64,000 bases of DNA from IMG/VR virus record IMGVR_UViG_3300010355_000588; one strand, given 5' to 3'. This stretch comes from a virus. Taxonomy: Duplodnaviria; Caudoviricetes. Below the pieces are notes generated by a model. It was not told where the DNA came from. It was given only the letters and a program-made list of their open reading frames with translations, and made no database searches. Shown piece after piece: positions 28,732 through 37,908 of this stretch. Position 1 is the stretch's first letter. The number at the start of each line of letters is the position of its first letter. The position numbers and the translations under genes are program-made.

Positions 28732-28750
28732 TTGGATAATATTTATCCAA
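28732..28750 (-). promoter_or_regulatory. Late-promoter-like GATAAATA inside a perfect inverted repeat
   Basis: TTGGATAA-TAT-TTATCCAA. Confidence 0.5.
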
Positions 28751-28811
28751 ATATGTGGGGTTGACTATAAAGAATAGGGATTGATATAAAAATAAAAGAA
28801 GGAACTATTTC

Positions 28812-30476
28812 ATGGAAACTATCAAAACAACAAATCTCCAACCCCAAACTCTAAAAGAAGAAATTTTGAAATATCTAGAAATTAAAAGTAAGAATATTTT
28901 AATTTGGGACATATGTAAAGAAAGAACAAAGTTAGCCACCGAAATATTGAAAAATACTGAGTTCTTACCAAAGAGCACGAAACCTCAAATTAGAATAGAA
29001 TATTGCCTTCAGGAATTAACAGATATAAAAAGGTGTAAGTGTGGTTGCGGATCTGAAGTTTATATAACAAATAGCTATTTACCTGGACATGCTAGACGAG
29101 ACGAAGAATCTAAAAAGAAATGGTTAGAAAAAATGCAAAAAACATCTAAAGAAAGATATGGAGACGACTATTTAAAGCAATTCCTTGAAAAAGCAAAGGA
29201 ATCTACTAGAAAAAATTATGGAGTAGATTATTCATTTCAAAGCAAACAGTTTCAAAAAGACATACAAAAGATAATAAAGAAGAAATATGGAGTTTCAAAC
29301 GTTTCGCAATTAGAATCGATAAAACAGAAAAAGAAAGAATCGTTTGCTAAAACTTTTGGTTGTAGCGTAGAAGATTACAACAACGCTGATGAATTTCTTA
29401 AAAAAATAGTCAAAAGTAGATATAAAAACACATTCAGTAGATTTGATAGATTTTCTAAAGAAGTTGTTCCGATGTTCTCTTTAGAAGAATATAATGGTGG
29501 TGGTTATGATAAAGCATATAAATGGCTTTGCAAAAAATGTGGAAATGAGTTTGAACATTGGTATTGGAATGGTTGTATTCCAAAATGTCCAACTTGTTAT
29601 CCGATATGCTATTCTTCTTTTGAAATCGATGTTGCTAATTTTCTTAGCTCGTTAGATAACTCTTTAGAAATTCTAAAAAATGACAGAAAACATATTTCTC
29701 CGTTAGAATTAGATATATACTTGCCTTCAAAAAAATTAGCCTTTGAACTAAATGGTAACCATTGGCATACGGAAAATATAGGAGGTAAAGATAAAAACTA
29801 TCATTTGAACAAGACAATTGAGTGCGAGCTTAATGGAACAAGACTTATACATATTTTTGAAGATGAATGGCTAGAAAAAAATAAGATATCAAAAGCCAAG
29901 ATAAAACATCTATTAGGTCAGACAAGATATTCTATTGGCGCTAGAAAGTGTGAAATTAGGCAAATAGATAACAATATTAAAAATGTTTTTCTGGACAAGT
30001 ACCATATCCAAGGCCGCGACAAATCGTCTGTCAAGCTCTGAGCATTCTACAAGAACCGGCTAGTAGCTGTAATGACCTTCGGCAAGTCTAGATATGACAA
30101 GAAGATAGAGTGGGAGATGATTAGATTTTGCACAGTAAACAACTTTAACATAATTGGAATATGTAGCAAACTCCTAACTTATTTTGAAAAGCATTATTCT
30201 CCGTCTTCTATTATATCTTACTGTGATAAAAGATGGAGCACGGGAAAAACGTACGAAAATTGTGGTTTCAAATATTCCGGAGAATCATCGCCGAACTATT
30301 GGTATAATAAAAAGGGAGTAAGACGGATATCTAGAATGCAATATCAAAAACACATGTTAAAGGACAAATTAGAGGAGTTTGATCCGACGCTAACCGAGTG
30401 GGAGAATATGCAAAAGAATGGTTTCGATAGAATCTGGGACTGTGGTAATAAAATATTTGTCAAATCTTTTAGTTGA
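28812..30476 (+). pseudogene. Homing-endonuclease-like (Vsr-like + GNAT-like) gene interrupted by in-frame TGA at 30039-30041
   Basis: KSSVKL*AFYKNRLVAVMTF aligns with KSSVKYGAFYKNRLVAVMTF in the paralog at 8759; both ORF halves are in the same frame. Confidence 0.75.
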
Positions 30477-30498
30477 AATAATTCCAAGTTGTTGAAAG

Positions 30499-30506
30499 TA
30501 TAAATA
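30499..30506 (+). promoter_or_regulatory. Late promoter TATAAATA for the lipoprotein-terminase operon
   Basis: Exact match. Confidence 0.75.
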
Positions 30507-30534
30507 TTTCTACCAATTATTCGACGAGTATCCG

Positions 30535-30816
30535 ATGTATAAATTATTTATTGTGGCTTCTATGGCTCTGTGCATGTTCTTGAGTGGTTGCCAATATACT
30601 ATCGTCGATTCTGACGCACTCACCCAGAGACACTACATATTCGGCTTCGGTCGAGTGGAAGTTAAATCAGTAACTCCCCATTGCGTAGCCACTAAGAAAA
30701 CCCTGTTTGGCCTAGACATATTCAAGTCGCACCGTTTTGGCATAGGTCTTGGATATAAAAACGAGACTGAAGTGATAGCTGACGAGCAGTTCGAAGGAAC
30801 TATAGAAATAAAATAG
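30535..30816 (+). CDS. Predicted lipoprotein
   Basis: Signal peptide with lipobox LSGC. Confidence 0.65.
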   Translation: MYKLFIVASMALCMFLSGCQYTIVDSDALTQRHYIFGFGRVEVKSVTPHCVATKKTLFGLDIFKSHRFGIGLGYKNETEVIADEQFEGTIEIK

Positions 30817-30832
30817 GAAGGAACTTGAAGAA

Positions 30833-31450
30833 ATGAAGAAATATCTAATTGGGCTTGCGATGTTGCTGGTGGTTGTCTTTGGTGGTTGTAGATCCCAGAC
30901 TTGCATCGTCACGAGCACCATCTCTGGTTTGGGCATAGATGCTTCATTCGATCCACATACTCAGGTGCCACATGGTAGAATTGGTTATATCAGATCTGAA
31001 GCAGCCATTGTGCCTACTAATAGAAAAGCCGATGGAGACACTGGCGGTTCAGTTGGAGGCGGAGCAAAGGACGCCCCGAACGTCTTGCTTGAAATGAATA
31101 CAGGTGGCATCTTCAATCTATTCACTGATTCGCTCATATATCAGCGGCTTGCTATTGGAGAGACTGCAGTATCTCAACCGGGGGCTGTGGCAATGTTCTT
31201 GAAAAATAAGGATGGTGCTGTCGATGAGAAAGCCGTTGAAGCAGCTAAGGCGTTGTCTGGACTCGTCGAATCGAACAGCGACAAATTGAAGGTGAAGAGA
31301 GATATCCTAAATCTTACCGCTGACGAAAAGATCAACGCAAAGCTAGTAGAAGAACTCAAGAAGCTTAATATGGATCTCGACAAATTCATTGACGAGCAAT
31401 CCATGACAGAAAAGGAACTCAAGGAATTGTTGGACCGTGTCAGAAACTAA
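30833..31450 (+). CDS. Predicted lipoprotein
   Basis: MKK + hydrophobic segment + FGGC; helical C-terminus. Confidence 0.65.
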   Translation: MKKYLIGLAMLLVVVFGGCRSQTCIVTSTISGLGIDASFDPHTQVPHGRIGYIRSEAAIVPTNRKADGDTGGSVGGGAKDAPNVLLEMNTGGIFNLFTDSLIYQRLAIGETAVSQPGAVAMFLKNKDGAVDEKAVEAAKALSGLVESNSDKLKVKRDILNLTADEKINAKLVEELKKLNMDLDKFIDEQSMTEKELKELLDRVRN

Positions 31451-33296
31451 ATCACCCATAGATCTCGGGGTTATCGTATCGAAGGCTAAAGGCTTCCTGA
31501 GAGGCAACGTCCAGATTAAGGCCCCAAACCACGTCGAGCATGTCTCAGAAGATATCTTCAAGAACCGCGTCCGGGAAATCATGAGGTGTAAGGAAGATAT
31601 TTGTTACTTTGCTGAGAAATACTTCACTATTGTGTCGCCGGCTAAGGGCCAACACATTATTGAGTTATATGATAAACAAAAAGAACTGATAGAATTCTTC
31701 AAAAACACAGAACGAGCAGTCTGCCTGGCCAGCCGCCAGTCCGGAAAGACAACCTGCTATAGTATTTATATATTATGGATGATATGTTTTCACTCAGATA
31801 AGAAAATACTCATATGCGCAAATAAAGCTCAAGCTTCTTTTGAATTCGTTGGTAGAATTAGACTTGCATATGAGTTGCTTCCAAACTGGTTGAAGCCAGG
31901 TGTAAACTCATGGAACAAAAGCTCTCTTGAATTGGCTAACGGATCGAAGGTAGAAGGAACAGCTACCTCAGCTGATTCTTCAAGAGGGCGCTCCTGTAAC
32001 ATCTTAGTAGTTGATGAGATGGCATTTATAAATCCAGGGATTTGTCTAGAATTCTGGTCCTCTGTATATCCGATTATCTCATCTGCCAAAGGCACTCAGG
32101 TTATTCTTGTCTCTACTCCCAATGGAACCGGCAATCTATACTACGACATTTGGAATAAGGCTCAACTCGGCATATCTGAGGATGGATGGAAGGGCTTTCA
32201 GTTCGACTGGTGGGATGTGCCTGGCCGTGATGAGCAATGGAAACGCCAGACCATCGAATCGCTGAACGGAGACATGACCCTCTTCAACCAAGAGTTTGGC
32301 AATCTTTTTGTTGGTTCTTCCTATACGCTGATCCCTGGTAATAAGATAGAAGAACTTAAGCAAATCCGCAAGATGAACATGCGAGAACCCAAGGTCGTCC
32401 AGATGAAAGAGGTAACCGAGACTAAGGTGGAGTTCGAAGTCTACGCTCCATATAAGGAATCCCACTCTTATGTGATAGGCGCTGATACTGCTGATGGCAT
32501 TGGTTCTGACTTCTCCACCATCCTTGTCTTTGATGTTACCGATACAACTAATATTGAGCTTGTTCTTCGATATTGCTCGAACCAAATAACCACCACTACC
32601 TTTGCTTATGTCTTGAACAAGATCGGCGTGCTATATGGATCTCCACCCTTGGCTATGGAGAACAACGGGGTTGGGCGTGGAGTAGTGGAAGCCCTATGGA
32701 CCATCTACGAATATGAGAACATGGTATACTACAAATCCCAAAAAGGCATGGTGGGTATCTTCTCGCACAACGCAGTAAAGGTCGAAGCTTGCCTATGGTT
32801 CAGAGAGCTCATGGACAACCAGAATATTCGTTTTACTATTCGTGATGGTAGGCTGCTGGAAGAACTGGAATACTTCGAAAAGAAGATTCCATCCCAGAAG
32901 CTCATATACAAGGCCGCCGATGGAAAACACGACGACCTGGTAATGTCGATGATTTGGGCCATGTTCGTTCTACATCCACAGATTATAGAGAACTACTTCA
33001 ACGTCGTCAAATATCACAAGTCTGGCATGGGCATCAGCAAATTTCCACACTCCATATCGAAGCTCAATTCTGGTTATTATGGAGGTGAAGACTTCTATGA
33101 AACGAGAGAAAGCAACTGGGGGAATGCTGAAGCTGAAGAAATAAGGAAGAGACTTGAGCAAGCTGAGAAGAAATTCAGAGGAATGTCCAAGACTACTGGA
33201 TCGACCAATTTGGAAGACGAAGACAATTCTGATGGTATAAATAATATTGACTCAGAAGACGAAATGCCAGCTGTCTTCGTCGATGGAGATATCTAA
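31437..33296 (+). CDS. gp17: Terminase large subunit
   Basis: ASRQSGKTT, RGRS.N.LVVDEMAF, STPNG, QEF, IGADTADG, HDDLVM. Confidence 0.95.
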   Translation: MSETKSPIDLGVIVSKAKGFLRGNVQIKAPNHVEHVSEDIFKNRVREIMRCKEDICYFAEKYFTIVSPAKGQHIIELYDKQKELIEFFKNTERAVCLASRQSGKTTCYSIYILWMICFHSDKKILICANKAQASFEFVGRIRLAYELLPNWLKPGVNSWNKSSLELANGSKVEGTATSADSSRGRSCNILVVDEMAFINPGICLEFWSSVYPIISSAKGTQVILVSTPNGTGNLYYDIWNKAQLGISEDGWKGFQFDWWDVPGRDEQWKRQTIESLNGDMTLFNQEFGNLFVGSSYTLIPGNKIEELKQIRKMNMREPKVVQMKEVTETKVEFEVYAPYKESHSYVIGADTADGIGSDFSTILVFDVTDTTNIELVLRYCSNQITTTTFAYVLNKIGVLYGSPPLAMENNGVGRGVVEALWTIYEYENMVYYKSQKGMVGIFSHNAVKVEACLWFRELMDNQNIRFTIRDGRLLEELEYFEKKIPSQKLIYKAADGKHDDLVMSMIWAMFVLHPQIIENYFNVVKYHKSGMGISKFPHSISKLNSGYYGGEDFYETRESNWGNAEAEEIRKRLEQAEKKFRGMSKTTGSTNLEDEDNSDGINNIDSEDEMPAVFVDGDI

Positions 33297-33840
33297 AGTG
33301 AATCCAGCCATTGCTGCTATGTCTACCAATCTTGCAGTGAACAATAAGTTCATTGTGACGATTCCAGTCGACAAGCTGTTTCCTGGCGTCTATACTAAGA
33401 ACAACTTCACCTTCAATCTATTCTCCTTTGAGTTGCCTGAGATCGAATTGGGATCCGAAGAAGTTCAGTTCCATGGATCTCCATTAGATATTCCAAATGG
33501 GACCAGAAGATATACGAAAGAAATCAACTTTAGCTACATCCTATCCAGCGACTGGAACCAATATGGCTTTCTATACCGCTGGAGCTTAATGTTCGCCAAT
33601 GAATATGGATCTGGGGCTGAGGAAACGGTCTTAGAAAAGAAGACTGTACCGGTCAGATTCGTCGTGCTGAGCGAATTTAAGAACCCAATCTTCGAGGTGG
33701 TATATTATGACGCCTGGTTGAAGCGCTTAGGTGGCATCTCCATGACGTACCAGGACGATGCCCCAGTCGTCGTACATACTTTCTCGCTCAAATATACATA
33801 TTTCAAAGTAAACGATGGAATAAGCATAACCAATGGATAA
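33283..33840 (+). CDS. gp3: Tail completion/tube terminator (gp3-like)
   Basis: 'LPEIELG...FSYILSSDWNQY..LYRW...F..A....LGGI.....F.YTYF' pattern. Confidence 0.6.
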   Translation: MEISKVNPAIAAMSTNLAVNNKFIVTIPVDKLFPGVYTKNNFTFNLFSFELPEIELGSEEVQFHGSPLDIPNGTRRYTKEINFSYILSSDWNQYGFLYRWSLMFANEYGSGAEETVLEKKTVPVRFVVLSEFKNPIFEVVYYDAWLKRLGGISMTYQDDAPVVVHTFSLKYTYFKVNDGISITNG

Positions 33841-34093
33841 GATAATCTACGAAAGAATCGAGAAGCTCTTCGTTCAGCTGGATACCAGGAATCTAAACGA
33901 ATCTGAACTGACATATTACGAACTAAGGAGATTCTTGGCATATTTAATTTCTTCCAAGCCATCTCAAGCACTGCAAGACGTCCTAGTAGAACTGATAAAA
34001 CTGATAACCATGCTTGAGATAAAAGGAAAACCGGTCCCACTTTTGAGAAAGAACGTAGCATCCAGTCCACAAGTATTCGGAGGTGCCAAGTGA
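33833..34093 (+). CDS. Hypothetical protein
   Basis: Packed ORF in the operon. Confidence 0.55.
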   Translation: MDKIIYERIEKLFVQLDTRNLNESELTYYELRRFLAYLISSKPSQALQDVLVELIKLITMLEIKGKPVPLLRKNVASSPQVFGGAK

Positions 34094-34575
34094 GCAACAA
34101 GTTTGACGCTACTCTATTAGACCAACTGATTGACAATACGCTATTCCAAGAAGGCGAAATAATTGAAGAAGAACCTAAAGTCACAGTAGAACCACCTAGA
34201 CCAGAAAAGAATGCTCTGGATGGATTGAACACTCTGGAGGGCGTATATACTCAGATGGCTGAGTTGGCCAAGACAGGCAATGAACTCCTTGAGACAGCCA
34301 AATATTCTCTCGAGTCTCAGCCAGACAATGCCGAAGCCATTGCCGGGGTAGCTAGTCTACTGAATTCAGTCAAGGATACCCTAAAGGAATTCTCTAAGGT
34401 ATATCTAATGAAGGTAAGGTTCGATCAGCAAAAAGAACTTGAAAATCTAAAGACAGAAAACAAGAAAAAGCTGCTCGAGCACAAGATATCAGTAGATTCA
34501 GAATCAGGATCGAACACAACTAAAGATCTGATACCATATTCGCAAGAGCAGCTGATAAAACTTCTAAATGGTTAG
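34090..34575 (+). CDS. Probable terminase small subunit (gp16-like)
   Basis: Helical hairpin 'ELAKTGNELLE...EAIAGVASLLNS' and C-terminal 'SQEQLIKLL'. Confidence 0.55.
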   Translation: MSNKFDATLLDQLIDNTLFQEGEIIEEEPKVTVEPPRPEKNALDGLNTLEGVYTQMAELAKTGNELLETAKYSLESQPDNAEAIAGVASLLNSVKDTLKEFSKVYLMKVRFDQQKELENLKTENKKKLLEHKISVDSESGSNTTKDLIPYSQEQLIKLLNG

Positions 34576-35129
34576 AAATCTAACCCTTCGTTTTTCTTTG
34601 TACGCCTTTTCTTAGGTTTATCTTTAATAACTGCTTCTTTAAGAGGTTCCATAATTTCATTTAGTTTAGCTGCCATTTTCTTATTCAGTTCTTCATGGTA
34701 GTTTATCGCGTTCAAATTTCTACCATTTTCAAAGTTTCCATAAGAATATAACAGCTTGACCGCTTCTCTGAAGCATCCTTCGCACATTGCTGGAAGTGCA
34801 TCTTTCAATGGATATTTGGCACCATGTTTTTCTAGTTCGACTTCTGGATTTTTATCTAAGAAAGATAACACCTCATCCATCTTCTCAATGGCTTTTACAG
34901 GATCCACCATGCCACTATCAAGCAATTCCATTTTCTTGACAAGGGCGTTAAGTTTCTTATTCATTTGCTCATCTTCATCATCACGAATATCAATGGTTAG
35001 CTTTAGATTGAGCTTTCTTCCATTATATGGTGAGTCAACCTGTAGTTGTAACGCCTTAGAATCAGTGATGAGAGGATTGCCCGTCTCCATCACTTTTCCA
35101 CACATGTTGCAGATTTTTTGAAGACTCAT
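34572..35129 (-). CDS. Hypothetical protein with split CxxC pairs
   Basis: CNMC ... CEGC. Confidence 0.55.
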   Translation of the reverse strand: MSLQKICNMCGKVMETGNPLITDSKALQLQVDSPYNGRKLNLKLTIDIRDDEDEQMNKKLNALVKKMELLDSGMVDPVKAIEKMDEVLSFLDKNPEVELEKHGAKYPLKDALPAMCEGCFREAVKLLYSYGNFENGRNLNAINYHEELNKKMAAKLNEIMEPLKEAVIKDKPKKRRTKKNEGLDF

Positions 35130-35153
35130 GGCAATATTCCTTTCGTTGTATGA

Positions 35154-35927
35154 TTATTTATCTAGAACCTGAGTCTTCAGAAGGCCCCTGATTTCTTGAA
35201 CATATTTCGAGATTTCTTCCCGATTTACCTTATATTTCTTGGAAATGGTGGCAACAGGCAAACCATCTACATGGGCACGGAATACTGCCACTTTGCGTTT
35301 TCCACCGACTTTAGATTCTAGACCACTAAGAACATTATCGATTTTGGAGAAGATTTCTTTATAATAGATCTTGTCTTGGGTGTCTTCAGCTGAGTGTTCG
35401 AGCTGAAGCAAATCGCCAAAGGTGGTAGATGAGTCTTCAGAACTGACTGGAGTTTCCATAGACGTAACGGTGAACATGTTGCTCAGGGTAGTCTTGGCAC
35501 AGCGTTCTCCGAGCTTCGAGTGTTTGGCAAGCTCGTCATTGGAGGGGGTATATCCATGTTGTTCAATCCATGCATTCTTTTCTTCGTTGAGCGTCCGGAT
35601 CTTTTCATATTGGTTGACCGGAAGACGGACAGTGCTGCGATGGTTCTTGATGTAGCGTTGGATACGGCCCATGACATTGTAACGAGCGATAGTGATGAAC
35701 TTATGGCCGAGACTTGGATCGAATTGTTCGGCAGCCATTGTAAGTCCAAGAAGACCTTCTTGAAGCAGATCCTCGAATTCAGCGACGCCATAAGATCCAG
35801 CATATTTCCGAACCATCATCATAGCGAACTTCATGTTGTGTTCCACTAGTTCGTCACGAGTGGCCACCTTTTCTTGTTCACGGGTAAGCGGCGCCTTATA
35901 CTTTGTACTAGACAGATTGAAACTCAT
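35154..35927 (-). CDS. sigma70-family RNA polymerase sigma factor (regions 2-3, divergent region 4)
   Basis: LVEHNMKFA, DLLQEGLLGL..AAEQFDP..G.KF, TVRLPVN, PS.DELA, SMETPV...FGDLL. Confidence 0.9.
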   Translation of the reverse strand: MSFNLSSTKYKAPLTREQEKVATRDELVEHNMKFAMMMVRKYAGSYGVAEFEDLLQEGLLGLTMAAEQFDPSLGHKFITIARYNVMGRIQRYIKNHRSTVRLPVNQYEKIRTLNEEKNAWIEQHGYTPSNDELAKHSKLGERCAKTTLSNMFTVTSMETPVSSEDSSTTFGDLLQLEHSAEDTQDKIYYKEIFSKIDNVLSGLESKVGGKRKVAVFRAHVDGLPVATISKKYKVNREEISKYVQEIRGLLKTQVLDK

Positions 35928-35942
35928 ATTGGTACTCCTTAA

Positions 35943-36146
35943 TTAGCAGTTTTCTTTAACGTAGGTGAGAATTTCTTCAAGGCGCTCGTTTTCCAGACGG
36001 CGCTCATGAATACGTTTTTCGAGCTTTTCTTTCCTTGGACCAGCATAATCGGTGTTGTTTGAGATTTCTTTGTCCAGAATATAGTCATTCTTGCTGATTC
36101 GAGTCATCAGGTGTTCGAGCAACATGTCTTTGATTCGTGAGTCCAT
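35943..36146 (-). CDS. Small early hypothetical protein
   Basis: SD AGGAGA; early operon. Confidence 0.65.
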   Translation of the reverse strand: MDSRIKDMLLEHLMTRISKNDYILDKEISNNTDYAGPRKEKLEKRIHERRLENERLEEILTYVKENC

Positions 36147-36163
36147 TGGTGTCTCCTTTGGTT

Positions 36164-36379
36164 TCAGCCTTCGAGCAAGTCGAAGAGGTAGTCGGGTTCG
36201 AGTCCGAAGTGGTCAGCGAGAATAGCTTCTGCCTGTTCGTAACCGTCATAGACATCGCCATTTCCGTCGTTCAGAATAGCATTGAGATCTTCACGTGCAA
36301 TGTCGAATGCTTCATTAGCAGCTTCGAGCGACATTCCATCACGTTCCATTAACACTTCAATAATAGAGTTTAAGCGCAT
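36164..36379 (-). CDS. Small acidic early protein
   Basis: LMERDGMS...FGLEPDYLFDL; SD GGAG. Confidence 0.7.
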   Translation of the reverse strand: MRLNSIIEVLMERDGMSLEAANEAFDIAREDLNAILNDGNGDVYDGYEQAEAILADHFGLEPDYLFDLLEG

Positions 36380-36403
36380 CGTCTGGATCTCCTTATATTA
36401 GTT

Positions 36404-36637
36404 TTAGTCGTTGAGAATATAGATCATTTCGGTTGGAATGGCGGATCGATGAGGCATTGAGAAAAAGAAACCCGCATCGTTGCGTTCGATATGTAGATGA
36501 CCACACACCGGACATTCGTACAGATCGGCAGAATACGCCCAATCTGGATTTTCATTAGGTTGTACGTAAATACCATTCTTCTTACAGCGATAATGAACGA
36601 GACACTTTCCACAAACATGTTCGAGTTTCATTGTCAA
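36404..36637 (-). CDS. Small Zn-ribbon protein
   Basis: CGKC...ADLYECPVCG. Confidence 0.65.
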   Translation of the reverse strand: MTMKLEHVCGKCLVHYRCKKNGIYVQPNENPDWAYSADLYECPVCGHLHIERNDAGFFFSMPHRSAIPTEMIYILND

Positions 36638-36670
36638 TCTCCTTTAGTTGTTTAGCACGTTTAGCATTTT

Positions 36671-36710
36671 CAGTATAGTATATAGTACAACAAGTATTCG
36701 GTTTTGTCAA
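36671..36710 (-). promoter_or_regulatory. Early sigma70 promoter cassette
   Basis: TTGACA-17 bp-TACTAT (TG directly before it) then ATACTATACTG; 38/40 identical to 58852..58891. Confidence 0.85.
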
Positions 36711-36738
36711 TAGGTTATTGAAAAATTATCGAAAACCT

Positions 36739-36936
36739 TTATTTGGTGAGGTGAGCGCCGAGGTTGATTCCAGCGATAGCTTTTCCATCGACGTTGAAGA
36801 AAGCGACGATTCCAGGTTCGTCGTCAAAGACGTTGAGTTCGGCATGCTTCTTGAGGAGTTCTTTGAGATCGCTGAGAAAGCTATCAATGATTTGTTTTTG
36901 CTGTTCGACGGTGGTGACAGTGGTGAAAGTGTTCAT
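36739..36936 (-). CDS. Small early hypothetical protein
   Basis: Own promoter and SD AAGGAG. Confidence 0.65.
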   Translation of the reverse strand: MNTFTTVTTVEQQKQIIDSFLSDLKELLKKHAELNVFDDEPGIVAFFNVDGKAIAGINLGAHLTK

Positions 36937-36969
36937 GATTATCTCTCCTTATTTCATTTACGTATTTTG

Positions 36970-37014
36970 GTATAGTATACAGTACAATGAAAAGGGCGGT
37001 TTGTCAACCGCCCC
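36970..37014 (-). promoter_or_regulatory. Early promoter whose -35 lies within a terminator hairpin
   Basis: GGGGCGGTTGACAAACCGCCCTTTT...TGTACTGTATACTATAC. Confidence 0.75.
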
Positions 37015-37051
37015 AGAGGAAAAAATCAAATATATTTTGAACAGAAGAAAT

Positions 37052-37390
37052 TTACTTCATCTTACCTTCTGCTTCCGCCTCTTTTTCCATTTTATCCAAT
37101 CTTGTGTAGTAATCCGGGATCTCAGCAAGATGATCCATGGCGATCTTCTTAGCCAGTGCTTCTTCTAACTGAGGGTTTACTCCCTTAGTAACGTGTTCCA
37201 TCTCGACACGGATTCCCATAGCTAACTCTTTTGGATCTACGTTTATTGGTTCGGCGGCTTCGTTCGATAGTCCGCCTTGTACCAACACTTTGAATATGTC
37301 GTTCACTCCAGGTATAGTAGAAGAAGTTGTCATCACTTCATATGGATGAGCCATCTCGAGTAGCTTGCTGATTCGTTTTTCAAATTTCAT
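37052..37390 (-). CDS. DUF5661-like protein with CTS-like leader
   Basis: MKFEKRISKLLE; ELAMGIRVEMEH...IAMDHLAEIPDYYTRL. Confidence 0.75.
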   Translation of the reverse strand: MKFEKRISKLLEMAHPYEVMTTSSTIPGVNDIFKVLVQGGLSNEAAEPINVDPKELAMGIRVEMEHVTKGVNPQLEEALAKKIAMDHLAEIPDYYTRLDKMEKEAEAEGKMK

Positions 37391-37425
37391 GGAAGTATCC
37401 TTTAAATATTGCCTTTAGCATATGA

Positions 37426-37908
37426 TTATTTATCTGCGGACATCTTAGGCACGCCAGCTGGAAATATTTCTTTCTCAGTGAGTATGATGAATTTAGCACC
37501 TTTAGCTTCAGCGAACTTGGAGGCAGCATTCCACTTGGCGGTATTTCTAATGTACGTCATTGCTTCTTCGTAGTACCGTTTGTCTGACTTTCTCCCCTTA
37601 ACCGGCATTATGGTCTCTTTGTGGGGTTTGACTTCGCAGTATATCTTGCTGATCTTTCCAGTCTTGTCCTTTACAGTAAAGGACAGATCGATAAAATATC
37701 TATGGGTGGTTCCGGCGCGCGATGGATCCACATATTCTACCACTGTCGATTCCGATCCCCATTGGAGGATGGCGGGATTAAGGTCCATATATCTAAAGCA
37801 TTGCAATTCCCAGGCCGAGCGGAAATAAATTTTTTGTAAGCACCCTATATACTTTTCCTTATTTCTAGGAACGAACTTGCCCTGCTTATAGCCATAACCC
37901 TTTTTCAT
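37426..37908 (-). CDS. gp4: Head completion nuclease
   Basis: GKFVPRNKEKY, FRSAWE, WGSE, HRYFID, EVKP, N.AKW.AA, F.ILTE. Confidence 0.9.
   Translation of the reverse strand: MKKGYGYKQGKFVPRNKEKYIGCLQKIYFRSAWELQCFRYMDLNPAILQWGSESTVVEYVDPSRAGTTHRYFIDLSFTVKDKTGKISKIYCEVKPHKETIMPVKGRKSDKRYYEEAMTYIRNTAKWNAASKFAEAKGAKFIILTEKEIFPAGVPKMSADK

Noticed and set aside
30039-30041. Genome-wide TGA=Gly (code 25) recoding
   Set aside because: TGA is the evident stop of the MCP, the nuclease paralogs and many ATGA overlaps; core genes have no internal TGA
28710-30534. Flanking direct repeats for nuclease paralogs 2 and 3
   Set aside because: None found by eye
31437-33296. Introns or inteins in terminase, portal, MCP or helicases
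   Set aside because: ORFs are continuous and of normal length, with no intein motifs
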